This document shows positions 1-10,939 of a stretch of 64,000 nucleotides of DNA, piece by piece (position 1 is the first letter of the stretch; each line of letters opens with the position of its first letter). The notes beneath the pieces were generated by a model. It did not search any database, was not told where the DNA came from, and worked only from the letters and a program-made list of their open reading frames with translations. Location: positions 320,001 through 384,000 of the forward strand of contig CAWFOU010000007.1 of assembly GCA_963817525.1 (NCBI GenBank), given 5' to 3'. Source of the DNA: an uncultured archaeon. GTDB lineage: Archaea > Thermoproteota > Nitrososphaeria > Nitrososphaerales > Gagatemarchaeaceae. The translations under genes were made by a program, and so were the position numbers.

Positions 1-439
1 GTATCCCCGCCGCATTGATGGCCGTCATGGCCAGCGCCGCGACGACCGCCGCGTCACGCGCGGGGACTGCGCCTACCACCGCGTTGAGGTAGCCTCCGAA
101 GGCTATGGCGATCGCTCCAGGGCCTACCGTGTTCGCGACCAGGAACATCCATCCGGCCGAGAAGCCCCACCACGGACCCATCATCTTCCGGCCGAACGCG
201 TAGGTCCCTCCCGTCCGGGGGAGGACGGCCGCCAGCTGGGCCGAGGAGAGAGCGTTGCAGAGCGCCACGAACGCCCCTATGACGAAGGAGACGAGCAGGG
301 CGGGGCCGGCTATCTTGGCCGCGGGCGCAATGACCGCGAAGATCCCAGCGCCGAGGATCGCGGCGAGGCCCGTGGCCACGGCGTCGAAGAACCCGAGCTG
401 AGGGCGGAGGGTGCGGTCACCTTCCCCTGGCTTCCCCAC
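1..439 (-). CDS. APC-family amino acid permease (5' part; runs off the window edge)
   Basis: Manual translation from GTG at 439: MGKPGEGDRTLRPQLGFFDAVATGLAAILGAGIFAVIAPAAKIAGPALLVSF...PRTGGTYAFGRK, with the GAGIF and PxxGGxY APC motifs. Confidence 0.9.
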   Translation of the reverse strand, partial: MGKPGEGDRTLRPQLGFFDAVATGLAAILGAGIFAVIAPAAKIAGPALLVSFVIGAFVALCNALSSAQLAAVLPRTGGTYAFGRKMMGPWWGFSAGWMFLVANTVGPGAIAIAFGGYLNAVVGAVPARDAAVVAALAMTAINAAGI

Positions 440-578
440 AGGGGTCCTTGGCAGTCCAAGGTATAATTGCGAATTGCTGCGGGCCGGGCGCAGCCGCGGC
501 AAAAGGGCGACCGGAAGGCCCCGCGCCGCCCTAATACCCAAATAGCTTGAAGGGCCTCGGGAGGACGGGACACCGATC

Positions 579-1442
579 ATGATTCCAAAGCCCTTCGATT
601 ACTACGCGCCCGCCTCGCTCGGCGAGGCCATGCGCCTCCTCGGGGAAAACGAAGAGGCGAAGCTGCTCGCGGGCGGCCAAAGCCTGCTCCCTATGATGAA
701 GCTCAGGCTGGCGGCGCCGACCGCCCTGGTGGACATCACAAAGATAGCTGACCTGTCCTACGTCCGGGACGAAGGGGGCCACGTCGCGATAGGGGCACTC
801 ACCACGCACGACACCGTCGAGCGCGATGAGACGGTCGCGAAGAGGCTCGCCGCCCTGCACGACGCGGTCTTCAGGATAGGAGACCAGCAGGTCAGGAACC
901 GGGGGACCATCGGAGGCAGCGCGTGCCACGCCGACCCCGCGGCGGACCTGCCGACGGCCCTCCTCGCTCTGGACGCGCAGTTCGTCATCCAGGGGAGGCA
1001 GGGGACGAGGATGGTCCCAGCGCGGGACTTCTTCGTCGACATATTCGCGACCGCGGTGTCGCAGGACGAGATACTCACGGAGATACGCATCCCCCACCTT
1101 CCCCCGTGGTCGGCCTCCGCCTACATGAAGCACGGCTTGAGGGAGGCCGACTTTGCTATCGCGATGGTGGGGGCGGCGCTGACCCTGGACAGGGGGGACG
1201 CGTGCAAGGAGGTCAGGCTGGCCATAGGCTCCGCCGGGCCGACGCCGATAAGGGCGGCGGGCGCGGAGGGATACCTCCGGGGCAAGGTCCTCGACGACCA
1301 GACGATAGGGGTCGCCGCCGAGATGGCCGTGGAGGGGGCAGACCCCCCGTCGGACGTGCACGGCAGCAGGGAGTACAGGCTCGAGGCGACCAAGGTGCTC
1401 ACGGGGAGGGCTCTCAGGCTAGCCCTGAGCAGGGTGAAGTGA
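579..1442 (+). CDS. Xanthine dehydrogenase/CO dehydrogenase family FAD-binding medium subunit (CoxM/CutM-like)
   Basis: [25 protein letters not shown] and [11 protein letters not shown] motifs. Confidence 0.93.
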   Translation: MIPKPFDYYAPASLGEAMRLLGENEEAKLLAGGQSLLPMMKLRLAAPTALVDITKIADLSYVRDEGGHVAIGALTTHDTVERDETVAKRLAALHDAVFRIGDQQVRNRGTIGGSACHADPAADLPTALLALDAQFVIQGRQGTRMVPARDFFVDIFATAVSQDEILTEIRIPHLPPWSASAYMKHGLREADFAIAMVGAALTLDRGDACKEVRLAIGSAGPTPIRAAGAEGYLRGKVLDDQTIGVAAEMAVEGADPPSDVHGSREYRLEATKVLTGRALRLALSRVK

Positions 1443-1453
1443 GGGTGGGGGAG

Positions 1454-1954
1454 ATGCAGTGGGCAAAGACGGGGCCGGCGAAGGTCGGGATGAGGGTGAA
1501 CGGCACGGAGGTCAGCGGGTCGGTCGAGCCCAGGACCCTCCTGGTCAGCTTCATCAGGGACGACCTCGAGCTGACCGGGACCCACGTGGGCTGCGACACC
1601 GGGCACTGCGGGGCCTGCACGGTCATGATGGACGGCAAGACGGTGAAGTCCTGCATGGTCCTCGCGGTCCAAGCCCAGGGCTCCGACATCCTCACCGTGG
1701 AGGGACTCTCGGAGGGGGACGAGCTCCACCCGATCCAGGAGGCCTTCAGGAAGAACCACGGCCTCCAGTGCGGATTCTGCACACCGGGCCTGCTGATGTC
1801 AGGCCTGTACCTCCTGAAGAGGAACCCCGACCCGAGCGAGGAGGAGATCAGGAGGGCGATCGAGGGGAACCTCTGCAGGTGCACAGGATACGTGAACGTG
1901 GTAAAGTCGATACGCGCCGCCTCGAAGGGCGGGAAGAAGGGGGGCCGGGCATGA
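1454..1954 (+). CDS. [2Fe-2S] small subunit (CoxS/CutS-like)
   Basis: [20 protein letters not shown] and GNLCRCTGY motifs; ATG at 1454 within ORF 923..1954. Confidence 0.95.
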   Translation: MQWAKTGPAKVGMRVNGTEVSGSVEPRTLLVSFIRDDLELTGTHVGCDTGHCGACTVMMDGKTVKSCMVLAVQAQGSDILTVEGLSEGDELHPIQEAFRKNHGLQCGFCTPGLLMSGLYLLKRNPDPSEEEIRRAIEGNLCRCTGYVNVVKSIRAASKGGKKGGRA

Positions 1955-4428
1955 CCCTGAGCGTCGCGGCCCCGAAGACGGCCGTGGAGGCGCCGGAGGG
2001 GAGGTTGGAGGACAGGAGGCTTCTCACGGGAAAGGGGAGGTTTGTAGACGACCTCAGGCTCGAAGGCCAGGCCTACATGGGGCTGGTCCGGAGCACCTAC
2101 GCCCACGCGAAGATACTCGGCATCGACTTTTCAAAGGCGCGCGAGTCGCCGGACTTCATCGCGTCACTGACTGGGGAGGACCTCCTCAAGGAGGGCGTCG
2201 CCCCGCTGACGCAGAACCCCTGGCCCTTCCAGAAGCGCGCGAAGAGATACCACCTGGCCGTGGGCAAGGCTAGGTTCCAGGGCGAGCCGGTGGCGGCCAT
2301 ACTCGTCAGGAGGAAGAGCTCGGTCGAGGACCTCGTCGAGATGGTCGAGGTGGACTACGAGTCGCTCCCCGTGGTCACGACGATAGAGGAGTCGAAGGAG
2401 GGCAAGGCGCTGGTCTACGAGGACTGGGGGGACAACGCGTCGCTCGCGAGCGAGGTCAAGAAGGGGGACGCGGACAAGGCGATAGCCTCGGCGGCGCACG
2501 TGGTGCGCGTCAAGGAGGGGATAGCCAGGCAGGTGGCCGCGCCAATCGAGCCCCACGCGGTGCTGGTCTCCTACGACAGCAAGGGTGACTACTACGACGT
2601 GTGGGCGACCGTGCAGACGGTCCACGGGACACGGGACAAGCTCGCCGCCGAGCTCAAGAAGCCGAAAGAGAAGTTCCACGTGAGGGTGCTCGACGTCGGG
2701 GGAGGGTTCGGGAGCAAGGGGGCGCAATCGTACCCCGAGGCGCCGCTCGCTTGCATATTCGCGAGGAGGACGGGCCTCCCGGTGAAGTGGACCGCGACCA
2801 GGAGCGAGGAGTTCCTCGAGGCGGCGGCCGGGAGGGACGAGTACGCAGACGTCACCCTGGCGTGCACCGAGGACGGCAGGATGGTAGCGGTGAAGGCGAG
2901 CGTCGAGTGCGACTCAGGCGTGACAGGGACGCAGGCGCACATGCCCACGATGACGATAGAGTCGATGCTCGGCCCATACAAAATCCCGAACCAGGACCTG
3001 ATAGTCGCCGCGTACGCCACGAACAAGATGCCCATAGGTCCGGTCAGGGGGGCGGGCGTGCCCGAGGGGTGTTACTTCATGGAGCGCGCCGTCGACGCGA
3101 TGGCGAGGAAGCTCGGCCTCGACCCGATAGAGTTCAGGAGGAGGAACCTGCCGCGGCGCGAGGGGCCGTCCGAGGGCGAGGCGGACTTTGAGCAGCTCCT
3201 GGATGCGCTGGTCAGGTCGTCGCGCTACGAGGAGCTCCGGGGATGGAGGGTCGAGATGCTTTCGAGGTTCAGGCAGAGCGGGCCTTCGCGGTCGACCGAG
3301 GTGGTCGGGCTGGGGGTCTCGATCACCGGCGGCGAGGAAGACGAAGAGGAGGACGAGGACTGGGGGAACGAGGGCAGTGACGCTGAAGGGGCAGAGAAGT
3401 GGAGCGGAGGAGGAGGCTCCGGGGGCCAGTGGCCAGCGAAGCCCCCCGATGGGCAGGAGGCTTGGAAGCCCGGTGGGCAGTCCTCCGGAGGGAACTGGCC
3501 CAAGGCAGGGGAGGAGACGCTGAGCTTCATGAGCGAGACCGCCAGGGTGGCGATGGACAAGGGCGGGAGGGTGACGGTCTACACCGGCTCCTCCCCGCAC
3601 GGGCAGGGGGAGGAGACGACCTTCGCACAGCTTGCCGCGGATGAGCTGGGTGTCCCGCTCGAGAACGTCAGGGTGGTGTGGGGGGACACGGTCCTCATCC
3701 CGAGGGGGATAGGCACCTTCGGCAGCAGGTCTGCGGCGACCGGGGGGAGCGCGGTCGTGGACGCATGCCGCAAGCTGAAGGCCCAGCTCCTCGGCAAGGC
3801 ATCCGAGACACTCGGGGCCGACGCAAAGTCGCTGGAGATCCGCGGGGGCTTCGTGGTGATAGCTTCCCGCCCGGACGAGCCGCTCGCGAGCCTGATGGAG
3901 GTCGTGCAGAAGCAGGGAGACGAGGAGGTCTCGGCGAGCTCGGTCTTCACCCTCAGCGACCTCAGCTACTCGAGTGGGGTGCACCTCTGCGTGGTCACCC
4001 TGGACGTCGAGCTGGGCAAGGTGAGGATCGCGAAGTACTTCGTGGTGGAGGACTGCGGGAGGATGATAAACAAGACCATCGTGGAGGGGCAGCTGCACGG
4101 GGGCGTGGTCCACGCGGTGGGTGGCGCCCTCTTTGAGAGGCTCGCCTACGACTCCGAGGGGAACCTCCTCAGCTCGACGTTCATGGACTACAACATCCCC
4201 ACTGCGCTCGACAGCCCGGACGTCGAGGTCGCCCATCAGGTGACGCCGTCTACTGTGACGCTGACGGGAGTGAAGGGCGTGGGGGAGAGCGGGACTAACG
4301 GTGCCTACGCCGCGGTCATCAACGCCGTGAACGACGCCATCTCGCAGGTCAAGCCGGGGGCGGAGATCAACGTGGCTCCCGCCACGCCCGACGCGATATT
4401 CCGCGTCCTCAGCCAGAGCGGCGCCTAG
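1951..4428 (+). CDS. Molybdopterin-binding large subunit, xanthine/aldehyde oxidoreductase family (CoxL-like, not form I CODH)
   Basis: [44 protein letters not shown] and KGVGESG motifs; active-site loop is PVRGAGVPE, not AYRCSFR; ATGA overlap with the small subunit. Confidence 0.92.
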   Translation: MTLSVAAPKTAVEAPEGRLEDRRLLTGKGRFVDDLRLEGQAYMGLVRSTYAHAKILGIDFSKARESPDFIASLTGEDLLKEGVAPLTQNPWPFQKRAKRYHLAVGKARFQGEPVAAILVRRKSSVEDLVEMVEVDYESLPVVTTIEESKEGKALVYEDWGDNASLASEVKKGDADKAIASAAHVVRVKEGIARQVAAPIEPHAVLVSYDSKGDYYDVWATVQTVHGTRDKLAAELKKPKEKFHVRVLDVGGGFGSKGAQSYPEAPLACIFARRTGLPVKWTATRSEEFLEAAAGRDEYADVTLACTEDGRMVAVKASVECDSGVTGTQAHMPTMTIESMLGPYKIPNQDLIVAAYATNKMPIGPVRGAGVPEGCYFMERAVDAMARKLGLDPIEFRRRNLPRREGPSEGEADFEQLLDALVRSSRYEELRGWRVEMLSRFRQSGPSRSTEVVGLGVSITGGEEDEEEDEDWGNEGSDAEGAEKWSGGGGSGGQWPAKPPDGQEAWKPGGQSSGGNWPKAGEETLSFMSETARVAMDKGGRVTVYTGSSPHGQGEETTFAQLAADELGVPLENVRVVWGDTVLIPRGIGTFGSRSAATGGSAVVDACRKLKAQLLGKASETLGADAKSLEIRGGFVVIASRPDEPLASLMEVVQKQGDEEVSASSVFTLSDLSYSSGVHLCVVTLDVELGKVRIAKYFVVEDCGRMINKTIVEGQLHGGVVHAVGGALFERLAYDSEGNLLSSTFMDYNIPTALDSPDVEVAHQVTPSTVTLTGVKGVGESGTNGAYAAVINAVNDAISQVKPGAEINVAPATPDAIFRVLSQSGA

Positions 4429-5433
4429 GGCCGCGGACCGCGGGCAGCACCTCGCGCCCGAAGAACCGGATTGCCCTCGATTGGTCGGGCACAGGGGAGT
4501 GGACCACGACGTGGGTTGCGCCGAGGCCGGCCAGCTCTTCTATCGCGCGCACGTGGTCGCGTGGGTCGCGGCTCACCGTCCACCCCTCGAGGACGTCCTC
4601 AAGCGAGACCTCCTTCTCGGCGCGGCCTGGATGTCGGCGGGGCTGATGTTGTCGTAGAACCCGGACGACCACGCGTTGGGGATGAAGCGCCACTTTTGCG
4701 CGGCCTCCTCCGCCTGGGCCCGGTCCCCGGCGACCGCCCAGTGCTCCACGACGATTGGTTGCAGCCCCTTCCTCCCCGCCTCCCTCGCGGCCGCGTCCCG
4801 GGCCGCCTTGAGGTCGGGCTTCTTCCTCAGGTCGCTGGCTCCCATGATCATCCCGTCGCCGTGGAGGCCGGCGATGCGCGCAGACTTGGGGCCTCCGGCG
4901 GCGATGTAGATCGGTATCGGGGAGGCCGGGGGGTCGTAGAGCCTCGCGTCGACGCTCCAGAACTCCCCCTCGGCCTTCACTGGGTCGCCCGTCCAGAGGG
5001 CGCGGATGATCCCCACGCTCTCGACGAGCCTGGAGGCCCGCTCCTGGTATCTCCCCCAGCCCCCTCCCGCGGCGCCCTCGTTGAGGTTCTCTCCCGCGCC
5101 GACGCCCAGGAAGACCCGCCCAGGCGCCAGCTGGCTGAGCGATCCCCAGGCCTGGGCGACCACCGCGGGGCGGTAGCGGAAGGAGGGGCAGGTGACGCCG
5201 GTGCCCATGGTGAGCCGCGAGGTGCGCTGGGTCAGGGCCGCGAGGGTGACCCAGGCTGACCCGGAGTGACCCTCGTTGGGCTGCCAAGGCTGGAAGTGGT
5301 CGCTGGTCCACACGCCGTCGAACCCCGCTCGCTCGGCCTCCTGCCCGCACTTGACCAGCTGAGGCACGGCGAACTGCTCGCTCGAGAGGACGTAGTAGAC
5401 AAGGGGCCTTGGCCCTTTCATGGCCTCAGCCAC
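4409..5433 (-). CDS. F420-dependent LLM-class oxidoreductase (luciferase-like), frameshifted near 4623
   Basis: SSEQF, AGFDGVWTSDHFQPW and LGVGAGENLNE motifs in ORF 4573..5433; the C-terminus (AEKEVSLEDVLEGWTVSRDP...FFGREVLPAVR) continues in the frame of ORF 4409..5350. Confidence 0.85.
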
Positions 5434-6917
5434 CCCAGCTTGATGAAGCAGTAGCCGACGAAGGCCATGCTGAACACGATGACCGCCACTATCTGCCAGA
5501 GGTCGAAGGTGTAGGGCACGTCGAGCAGGTTCATGCCCAAGATCCCCCCTATCGCGGAGGGGATGATGGCGAGGGCCGTGATGACCGCCAGTATCTTCAG
5601 TATCCTGTTCGTCTCGTAGGAGGACTGGTTGATGTAGAGGTCGATGATCGTGCGCAGCTGGTCGATGATGTCGTCAGCGATGTCGTTCAGGAAGGATGTC
5701 TCGTCCTGAAGAGCCTTGAAGTCCTCCTCAGCGCTCTCGCCGAACCCCGCGAGCGGGACGCGCTTGGATATCACGACGCCCAGGAGCTCCTTGAAATGCA
5801 CCATGTTCGAGGTCAGCCTGGTCACCTCCTTGTTGAGGCCATACATCCTCTGTAAAAAGTCGCGGGGGAGTTTCGACCTCGGCGTGCCACCTATCCTCGT
5901 GGCCTCGAGCTCTATCTCCATGAAGATCGACCTGTACTCCTTCAGCGTGGCTTCGAGGATGCCGTATAGCACTGAGGCCGTGAATCCGTGCTGGTCCAGG
6001 CGCTTCTGCACCTCGGCGAGGAACTTGGTGAACATGTCGATCCCGGGTGGTGAGGCAGAGATTATCTTGGGGCCTCTGCAGATTATCAGCTCCCCCCGCC
6101 TCGCGATTGTGAGGTAGCTGTCGGCGCGCTCGGGGTATTTGATCGTCCCCGACTGCAGGAAGATGAAGGACATCTCTTGGACCTTGTCGACGTGGGGGTA
6201 GATCTCGTCGACGTGCTTCGCCTTGAAGTGGTGAGAAGGCACGCGGAGCATGGCGCTGAGCCTGAGAACCCCCTCCTCCGTGATGTTGTGGATGTCTATC
6301 CATTCTTGGTCCTTCGTGGCGAGGTGCTTCTCCAGGTCTTCCCAAGAAAGGTCGTCGTGCTCAGTGGTCAGGTCGGAGGAGACCTGGCGGATGACGGTGA
6401 GGGGCGGCTTTGCCTCGACGGTGGGCGCTGGCTCTGGCGTCCTAATCCTGCTGCCGGCGGTCCGGCTGCCCACGGCCAAGGCCCGCGGCAGCCTCAGGAG
6501 CCGAAGGAGGAGTGAGGAGGAGCCAGCGCTCCCGGAGCGGAGGAGCGGGAGGTAGGAGACGAAAGAAAGCAGGATGACGGCGAGGTCCAGCAGGTGCCAG
6601 GGCGACCTGAAATACTCCCACCTGCTTTTGGCGAGATACAGCTTGGCGGAGTACTCGAGGGTGAAGAGAAGGATCACCGTCACGTCGCAGATCTCGAAGA
6701 AGGTCAGCACGGGCACGGAGAAGCTGACGAAGAACGGAAGGACGATGACGGGTACGAGTATGACCGATAGGAAGGCCATGAACTTGTCGGAGAGCACCGA
6801 GTCGACGGTCTCTCTCAGGTCCTTTCTCGGATCTTCCTTCCTGACGAATATAGAGCGCGGGAGGAGGTCGTCGTCGACGTCGTCTTCACCTGTCTGCCTC
6901 GGGACGTCGTCGGGCAT
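5418..6917 (-). CDS. CorA-family divalent cation transporter with an N-terminal voltage-sensor-like (S1-S4) domain
   Basis: C-terminal CorA: NRILKILAVIT...GGILGMNL (GMN motif) plus 2 TM; N-terminal FTLEYSAKL, SPWHLLDLAVIL and LRLLRLPRAL. Confidence 0.88.
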   Translation of the reverse strand: MPDDVPRQTGEDDVDDDLLPRSIFVRKEDPRKDLRETVDSVLSDKFMAFLSVILVPVIVLPFFVSFSVPVLTFFEICDVTVILLFTLEYSAKLYLAKSRWEYFRSPWHLLDLAVILLSFVSYLPLLRSGSAGSSSLLLRLLRLPRALAVGSRTAGSRIRTPEPAPTVEAKPPLTVIRQVSSDLTTEHDDLSWEDLEKHLATKDQEWIDIHNITEEGVLRLSAMLRVPSHHFKAKHVDEIYPHVDKVQEMSFIFLQSGTIKYPERADSYLTIARRGELIICRGPKIISASPPGIDMFTKFLAEVQKRLDQHGFTASVLYGILEATLKEYRSIFMEIELEATRIGGTPRSKLPRDFLQRMYGLNKEVTRLTSNMVHFKELLGVVISKRVPLAGFGESAEEDFKALQDETSFLNDIADDIIDQLRTIIDLYINQSSYETNRILKILAVITALAIIPSAIGGILGMNLLDVPYTFDLWQIVAVIVFSMAFVGYCFIKLGWLRP

Positions 6918-6982
6918 CTTAGCTCCTTGCCTCGTTCCCGCAGGGTCACGCTAAATAAACATCCGGCGGCGCGGGCCGCAGC

Positions 6983-7528
6983 CTACTCGGTCGACCCGGG
7001 AGAAAGAAAGAGCTGGTAGAAGGCCACGTCCTGCCACCTTGAGAACTTGAACCCCACTTCCCTGAAGTTGCCGACGTAGGCGAACCCGGACCCCTGGTGG
7101 AGCCTCACGCTCGCCTCGTTGGGAGGGACAATGGCCGCGATGACCGTGTGATACCCGAGGCGGACAGCCCTCGCGAGGATCCCCTTCAACAGTATCTTCC
7201 CCACCCCCTTCCCTCGGGCGTCCTTGTGGACGTAGACCGAGTCCTCCACGGACTTTGAGTATCCGGGCTTGTCCCTGAAGCTGGAGAGGCTCGCGTAGCC
7301 GAGGATTCTGCCCTGGCTCTCGGCGACGATCAGGGGATGCCGCCCTCCATGCTCGGAGAACCACCTCGCGCGCTGGCGGAGGGTCTGCGGCTCCAGGTCG
7401 AAGGTGGCGGGCAACTTGGCGATTGCGTCGTTGTAGATCTCGAGGAGCGCGGGAAGGTCTCGCTTCCTCGCGTCCCTGACCACGATGCCCTCGGCGGCGC
7501 GAGTTCTCCGACGGTGCCCAGCAGTCAT
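6983..7528 (-). CDS. GNAT N-acetyltransferase, phosphinothricin/methionine-sulfoximine type
   Basis: EIYNDAI...ATFDLEP, SVYVHKDARGKGVGK, NEASVRLH and EVGFKFSRWQDV motifs. Confidence 0.9.
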   Translation of the reverse strand: MTAGHRRRTRAAEGIVVRDARKRDLPALLEIYNDAIAKLPATFDLEPQTLRQRARWFSEHGGRHPLIVAESQGRILGYASLSSFRDKPGYSKSVEDSVYVHKDARGKGVGKILLKGILARAVRLGYHTVIAAIVPPNEASVRLHQGSGFAYVGNFREVGFKFSRWQDVAFYQLFLSPGSTE

Positions 7529-7642
7529 CCGCTTTCGCTTGTATGGCTCTGGGTGTCGAAGTATATCAGGTGTTGAGCCGCAAAACCGCTTGAGATAGAC
7601 CATAACCTCTTCCTGCCCCGCGTGGCAGTCGGGGGAGGGCGC

Positions 7643-8896
7643 CTACTCGAGCGCGTGGCGCTGGGGCGCGGCGACGCCCTCTTCGGCCGAGCGCGCCTCT
7701 GGCGCCGCGAGGGCCTCGGCTTCACGCATCTTGCGGAGGGCGATCTTCGAGGCAATGGGGGACACCACCGTCGTGATGATCCCTATGCAGACGACCAGAG
7801 AGAAGGACGCTTGGTCTATCAGCCCGAGCTGGTAGGCGGTCGTCGAGACGACCAACTCGACGAAGCCGCGGGAGTTCATCAGGAAGCCTATGGTGCGGCT
7901 CTCCGCTTCGAGGAACCCGACCGCCCGCGCGCCCGCGTAGCCGCCGAAGAACTTGGACGCGACGGCCGCGGCTAGGAGGGCGCCGAGGATCTCCAGGCCC
8001 GTCGCAGTGGGCACGACGAACTCTAGCCCGATGAAGGCGAAAGTGATGGGGGCGAAGAAGCCGAAGGTGATCCCGTGGAAGACGTCGTTGGCCTTCCCGA
8101 GGGCTTCGGCCCCGAAGGCGTCTCCGAGAAGAAGCCCGGCGAAGAACGCCCCGATGACGAACTGCAGGCCCGCCGACTGCGCGAACAGGGAGACGCCGAC
8201 AGCGAACGTCACGAGCCCGATTAAGGCCGACCCCGGCGCGCGTATGTGCGGGCTGAGCTTGGCCGCCCGCGCGCGGATCCACGTCATGCGGCTCCTGATC
8301 AGCCTCTCGGAAACAAAGATCACCGCGAGGAAACCGACGGCTTCGCCAGAGCCGACGAGGACCGCCTGACTGACGCCTCCGTGGCCGGCGGCATAGTCCT
8401 GGATTACCGCGAGAACTATGAAGGCGACGATGTCGTCTATCACGCCCGCGGCTATCACGGTCTGGCCCAGCTTGGTGTCGAGTATCCCGAGCTCCATGAG
8501 GACTATCGCGTTGACGGGGACCGCCGTGATGGATATGGCGAGCCCGACGACGAGGGAGGTGGTCATGTCGGCCCCGAACAAATGGGCTATCTCCGTGCCG
8601 GCGGCGAACGGGATCGCGAACGAGACAAGCGAGACGACGAGAGCGCGGCGCCCCGCCGCGGTCAACTCGCGAGGTTTGACGGTCATCCCGGTGAGGAGCA
8701 TTATGAAGAAGAGTCCGAAGTCCTCGAGCACGGTCAGATTGGCCGTGGTCTGGACCAAGTTGAAGACTGCCGGCCCAATAAGGACTCCGCCAAGGAGCTG
8801 GCCAACCAGGCTGGGCTGTCCGATCCTGTGGGCGACCTCGCCCATTGCCCATGCCACGGCGAGCATGAGGAAGACTGCGTCGTAGAACTGTATCAA
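7643..8896 (-). CDS. Cation:proton antiporter (CPA2/KefB-like)
   Basis: About 12 TM; GQPSLVGQLLGGVLIGP, AAGVIDDIVA, GAFFAG and MNSRGFVELV motifs. Confidence 0.9.
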   Translation of the reverse strand: MIQFYDAVFLMLAVAWAMGEVAHRIGQPSLVGQLLGGVLIGPAVFNLVQTTANLTVLEDFGLFFIMLLTGMTVKPRELTAAGRRALVVSLVSFAIPFAAGTEIAHLFGADMTTSLVVGLAISITAVPVNAIVLMELGILDTKLGQTVIAAGVIDDIVAFIVLAVIQDYAAGHGGVSQAVLVGSGEAVGFLAVIFVSERLIRSRMTWIRARAAKLSPHIRAPGSALIGLVTFAVGVSLFAQSAGLQFVIGAFFAGLLLGDAFGAEALGKANDVFHGITFGFFAPITFAFIGLEFVVPTATGLEILGALLAAAVASKFFGGYAGARAVGFLEAESRTIGFLMNSRGFVELVVSTTAYQLGLIDQASFSLVVCIGIITTVVSPIASKIALRKMREAEALAAPEARSAEEGVAAPQRHALE

Positions 8897-9126
8897 GGAA
8901 CTCTACGCCTCGACTACCGTCGGGGGCCGAACAGTGGCTCCAGGACCCTCTGCGGGTCGGCCTTTCATCACCGTTGTAGGCTGCCCCGGCACTTAAACCG
9001 TTATGATTTCCGAATCCATATCGCCAGAGCCGTTCGACCCCGCGTCCCTCTATGAGACCGAGGTATCTGGCAGGCCCATCCGTGGGTGCTCTCGCGAGCC
9101 CCGCTTCGCCCCGTGCTGCCCTTCGA

Positions 9127-9167
9127 TCAGATGTCGAAGTTAAGGGAGAAGATAACTTCTACATATC
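9127..9167. repeat. att site copy 1 (displaced glnA 3' end plus palindromic arm)
   Basis: tcagatgtcgaagt reads TTC GAC ATC TGA (F-D-I-stop) on the minus strand; 9131-9167 is 34/37 identical to 10975-11011. Confidence 0.85.
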
Positions 9168-9235
9168 GACCAAGAACCGTACGGCATGTGCGATGGCGTG
9201 TGTGTTTATATCCCACTCTACGATAACAAAGTGGG

Positions 9236-9484
9236 ATGAAACGGTTAGCGCTGAAAGTCGACTCGAAGGGGAGAATTCAAGTCCCAAAAGAGATCCGAGA
9301 AGAGCTGGGAATAGGAAAAGAAGTCAGCGCGAGAATCGAGGGCGGGACTATGACGATCGAACCGGTCGAGCGCGTCTTCGACAGACTCGCCAGTGAGGTG
9401 AGGTTCAACTTCAAAAGCGTGGCCACGGAGCTGCCCAGGTTGAGAAAGGCCGCCGAAGAGGAGTTGCTCAAACAGGCATCATGA
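9236..9484 (+). CDS. AbrB/MazE-family antitoxin (VapB-like)
   Basis: KVDSKGRIQVPKEIREELGI...MTIEP swapped-hairpin motif, directly upstream of a PIN gene. Confidence 0.9.
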   Translation: MKRLALKVDSKGRIQVPKEIREELGIGKEVSARIEGGTMTIEPVERVFDRLASEVRFNFKSVATELPRLRKAAEEELLKQAS

Positions 9485-9498
9485 TTCGGTGACCAGGC

Positions 9499-9903
9499 TT
9501 GCTCTTTGAGACTGATGTGTTGCTCGCTGCGCTCAACCCGAACGACCCGCTCAACTCCCCGGCTAGAAAGGTCATGGAACACGACGCCCTCTTGCTATCG
9601 CCATTTTCGTTGCTGGAAGTGAATCTTCTCGCGAGGGCGGGAAAGCTGGAGATTTTGAACTTCAGCGATTTTGCGAGAGACCTGAGCGCATTGTTGGACG
9701 CGAGTTCGATTCGAACCTTGAACGACAGGGCAGAGTACCATTCAGAGGCGCGCCGGTTAGAATCAGAATTCGAGCTGAGCTTCTTCGACAGCCTTCACGG
9801 TGCGGTGTCAAGAGTCCAAAAGGAAATCCTGGTGAGCTTTGACAGGACCTATGACAAACTGAGAAAGGCGGGAGTAAGAAGGCTCGATCCAAAAGAAATC
9901 TGA
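9499..9903 (+). CDS. PIN-domain toxin (VapC-like)
   Basis: ETDVLLA, LLEV, LSFFDSLH and LVSFDRTYD acidic PIN motifs. Confidence 0.9.
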   Translation: MLFETDVLLAALNPNDPLNSPARKVMEHDALLLSPFSLLEVNLLARAGKLEILNFSDFARDLSALLDASSIRTLNDRAEYHSEARRLESEFELSFFDSLHGAVSRVQKEILVSFDRTYDKLRKAGVRRLDPKEI

Positions 9904-9974
9904 AGCTCGTTCGGATTGTTGCAAAGGATATACATCGCTGAGCGCTGAGCGATGAGCTGGTCTAGTGAAGAACC

Positions 9975-10807
9975 GTGATAGGTATTGAACGCTACCAAGG
10001 CGAAGAGGCGAGCGTAAACAGCTATCTCATTTCTGACGCGAGAAACCTGATTGTCGTCGACTTATTGAGAAATAGCGCCGAGGCCAAGAAACTAGCTGAT
10101 CACGTGGCATCCACCGGCAAGAAATTGGACTCAATTTACGTAAGTCATGGTCATCCGGATCACTACATCGGTCTCGGAGTGTTCCAAGCCCGATTCCCAG
10201 ATGTTCCCATCAGGGTAGCGTCACCCAAGATTCGCGAACACATTATTGCTTTCTCCAACTGGATGGACTCGGTTGGATGGCTCAACGCCGAAACAAAAAT
10301 GAAAGTGAAGTCAGAGAAGAACCCCGGAGGCTTTGATTACGCGAATTCGATTGAAGTCCTGGCGAGCCGTTCATGCGACTGCCTCTGGAGCAAGCCAAGA
10401 TTCAAGTCGAGACCGACTATCCCGCGGCAGAATGCGGTCACACGACGACATTAGTAATTCCGGAACAACGCGCTTTTCTGGGATTCGACCTTCTTTACAA
10501 TCGCGTTCATGCTTGGTGCGGCCCTGGGGTTGGGGTGGCTGAAATACAAAATTGGATTCTTACCCTGGATGAGATTATGCGGACTAGGTCTGGTGGAGGC
10601 TGGACGTTTTACTCGGGACATGGGGACAGCGGGGATGAGCAAGTCGTTAGCGGCTTGAAGAGATACCTTCAAGATTTTGTCCGAGTGACCGCGGCTGCAA
10701 AGAGCAGACAGGGAGCGATGGATGAGATGAAGAGGTTCAACCCCGGCTACGCGCAGGAAGACTTCCTCTTGCGATTCAGCGTTGATTTTCACGTGAAAGA
10801 GACGTAA
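9975..10807 (+). CDS. Metallo-beta-lactamase-fold hydrolase, frameshifted at about 10361
   Basis: SHGHPDHYIG motif in ORF 9975..10454; ECGHT, DLLYN and SGHG in ORF 10373..10807; one G missing in CTG GC GAG. Confidence 0.8.
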
Positions 10808-10939
10808 GAGAACCCACAGCCGTGGTGAGTTGGATTGGGCTTCGCCCGAGACGCAGGCCTCAACTGAGGTTGTCTGCGAATCTTCCGCTTTGGCTGCCCC
10901 TTCCATCCACCCCTAGCTTCGTGCCAGAAAATGAAGTTC

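Noticed and set aside
579-4428. Aerobic CO dehydrogenase (coxMSL) call
   Set aside because: The AYRCSFR Cu-binding loop is absent, so only a family-level assignment is justified
8897-8995. Leader of the antiporter as a fluoride riboswitch or C/D-box sRNA (GTGATGA on the minus strand after a TATA box)
   Set aside because: It lacks the crcB pseudoknot consensus and a canonical CTGA D box; it could equally be a 21-aa uORF, so it is unsupported without Infernal
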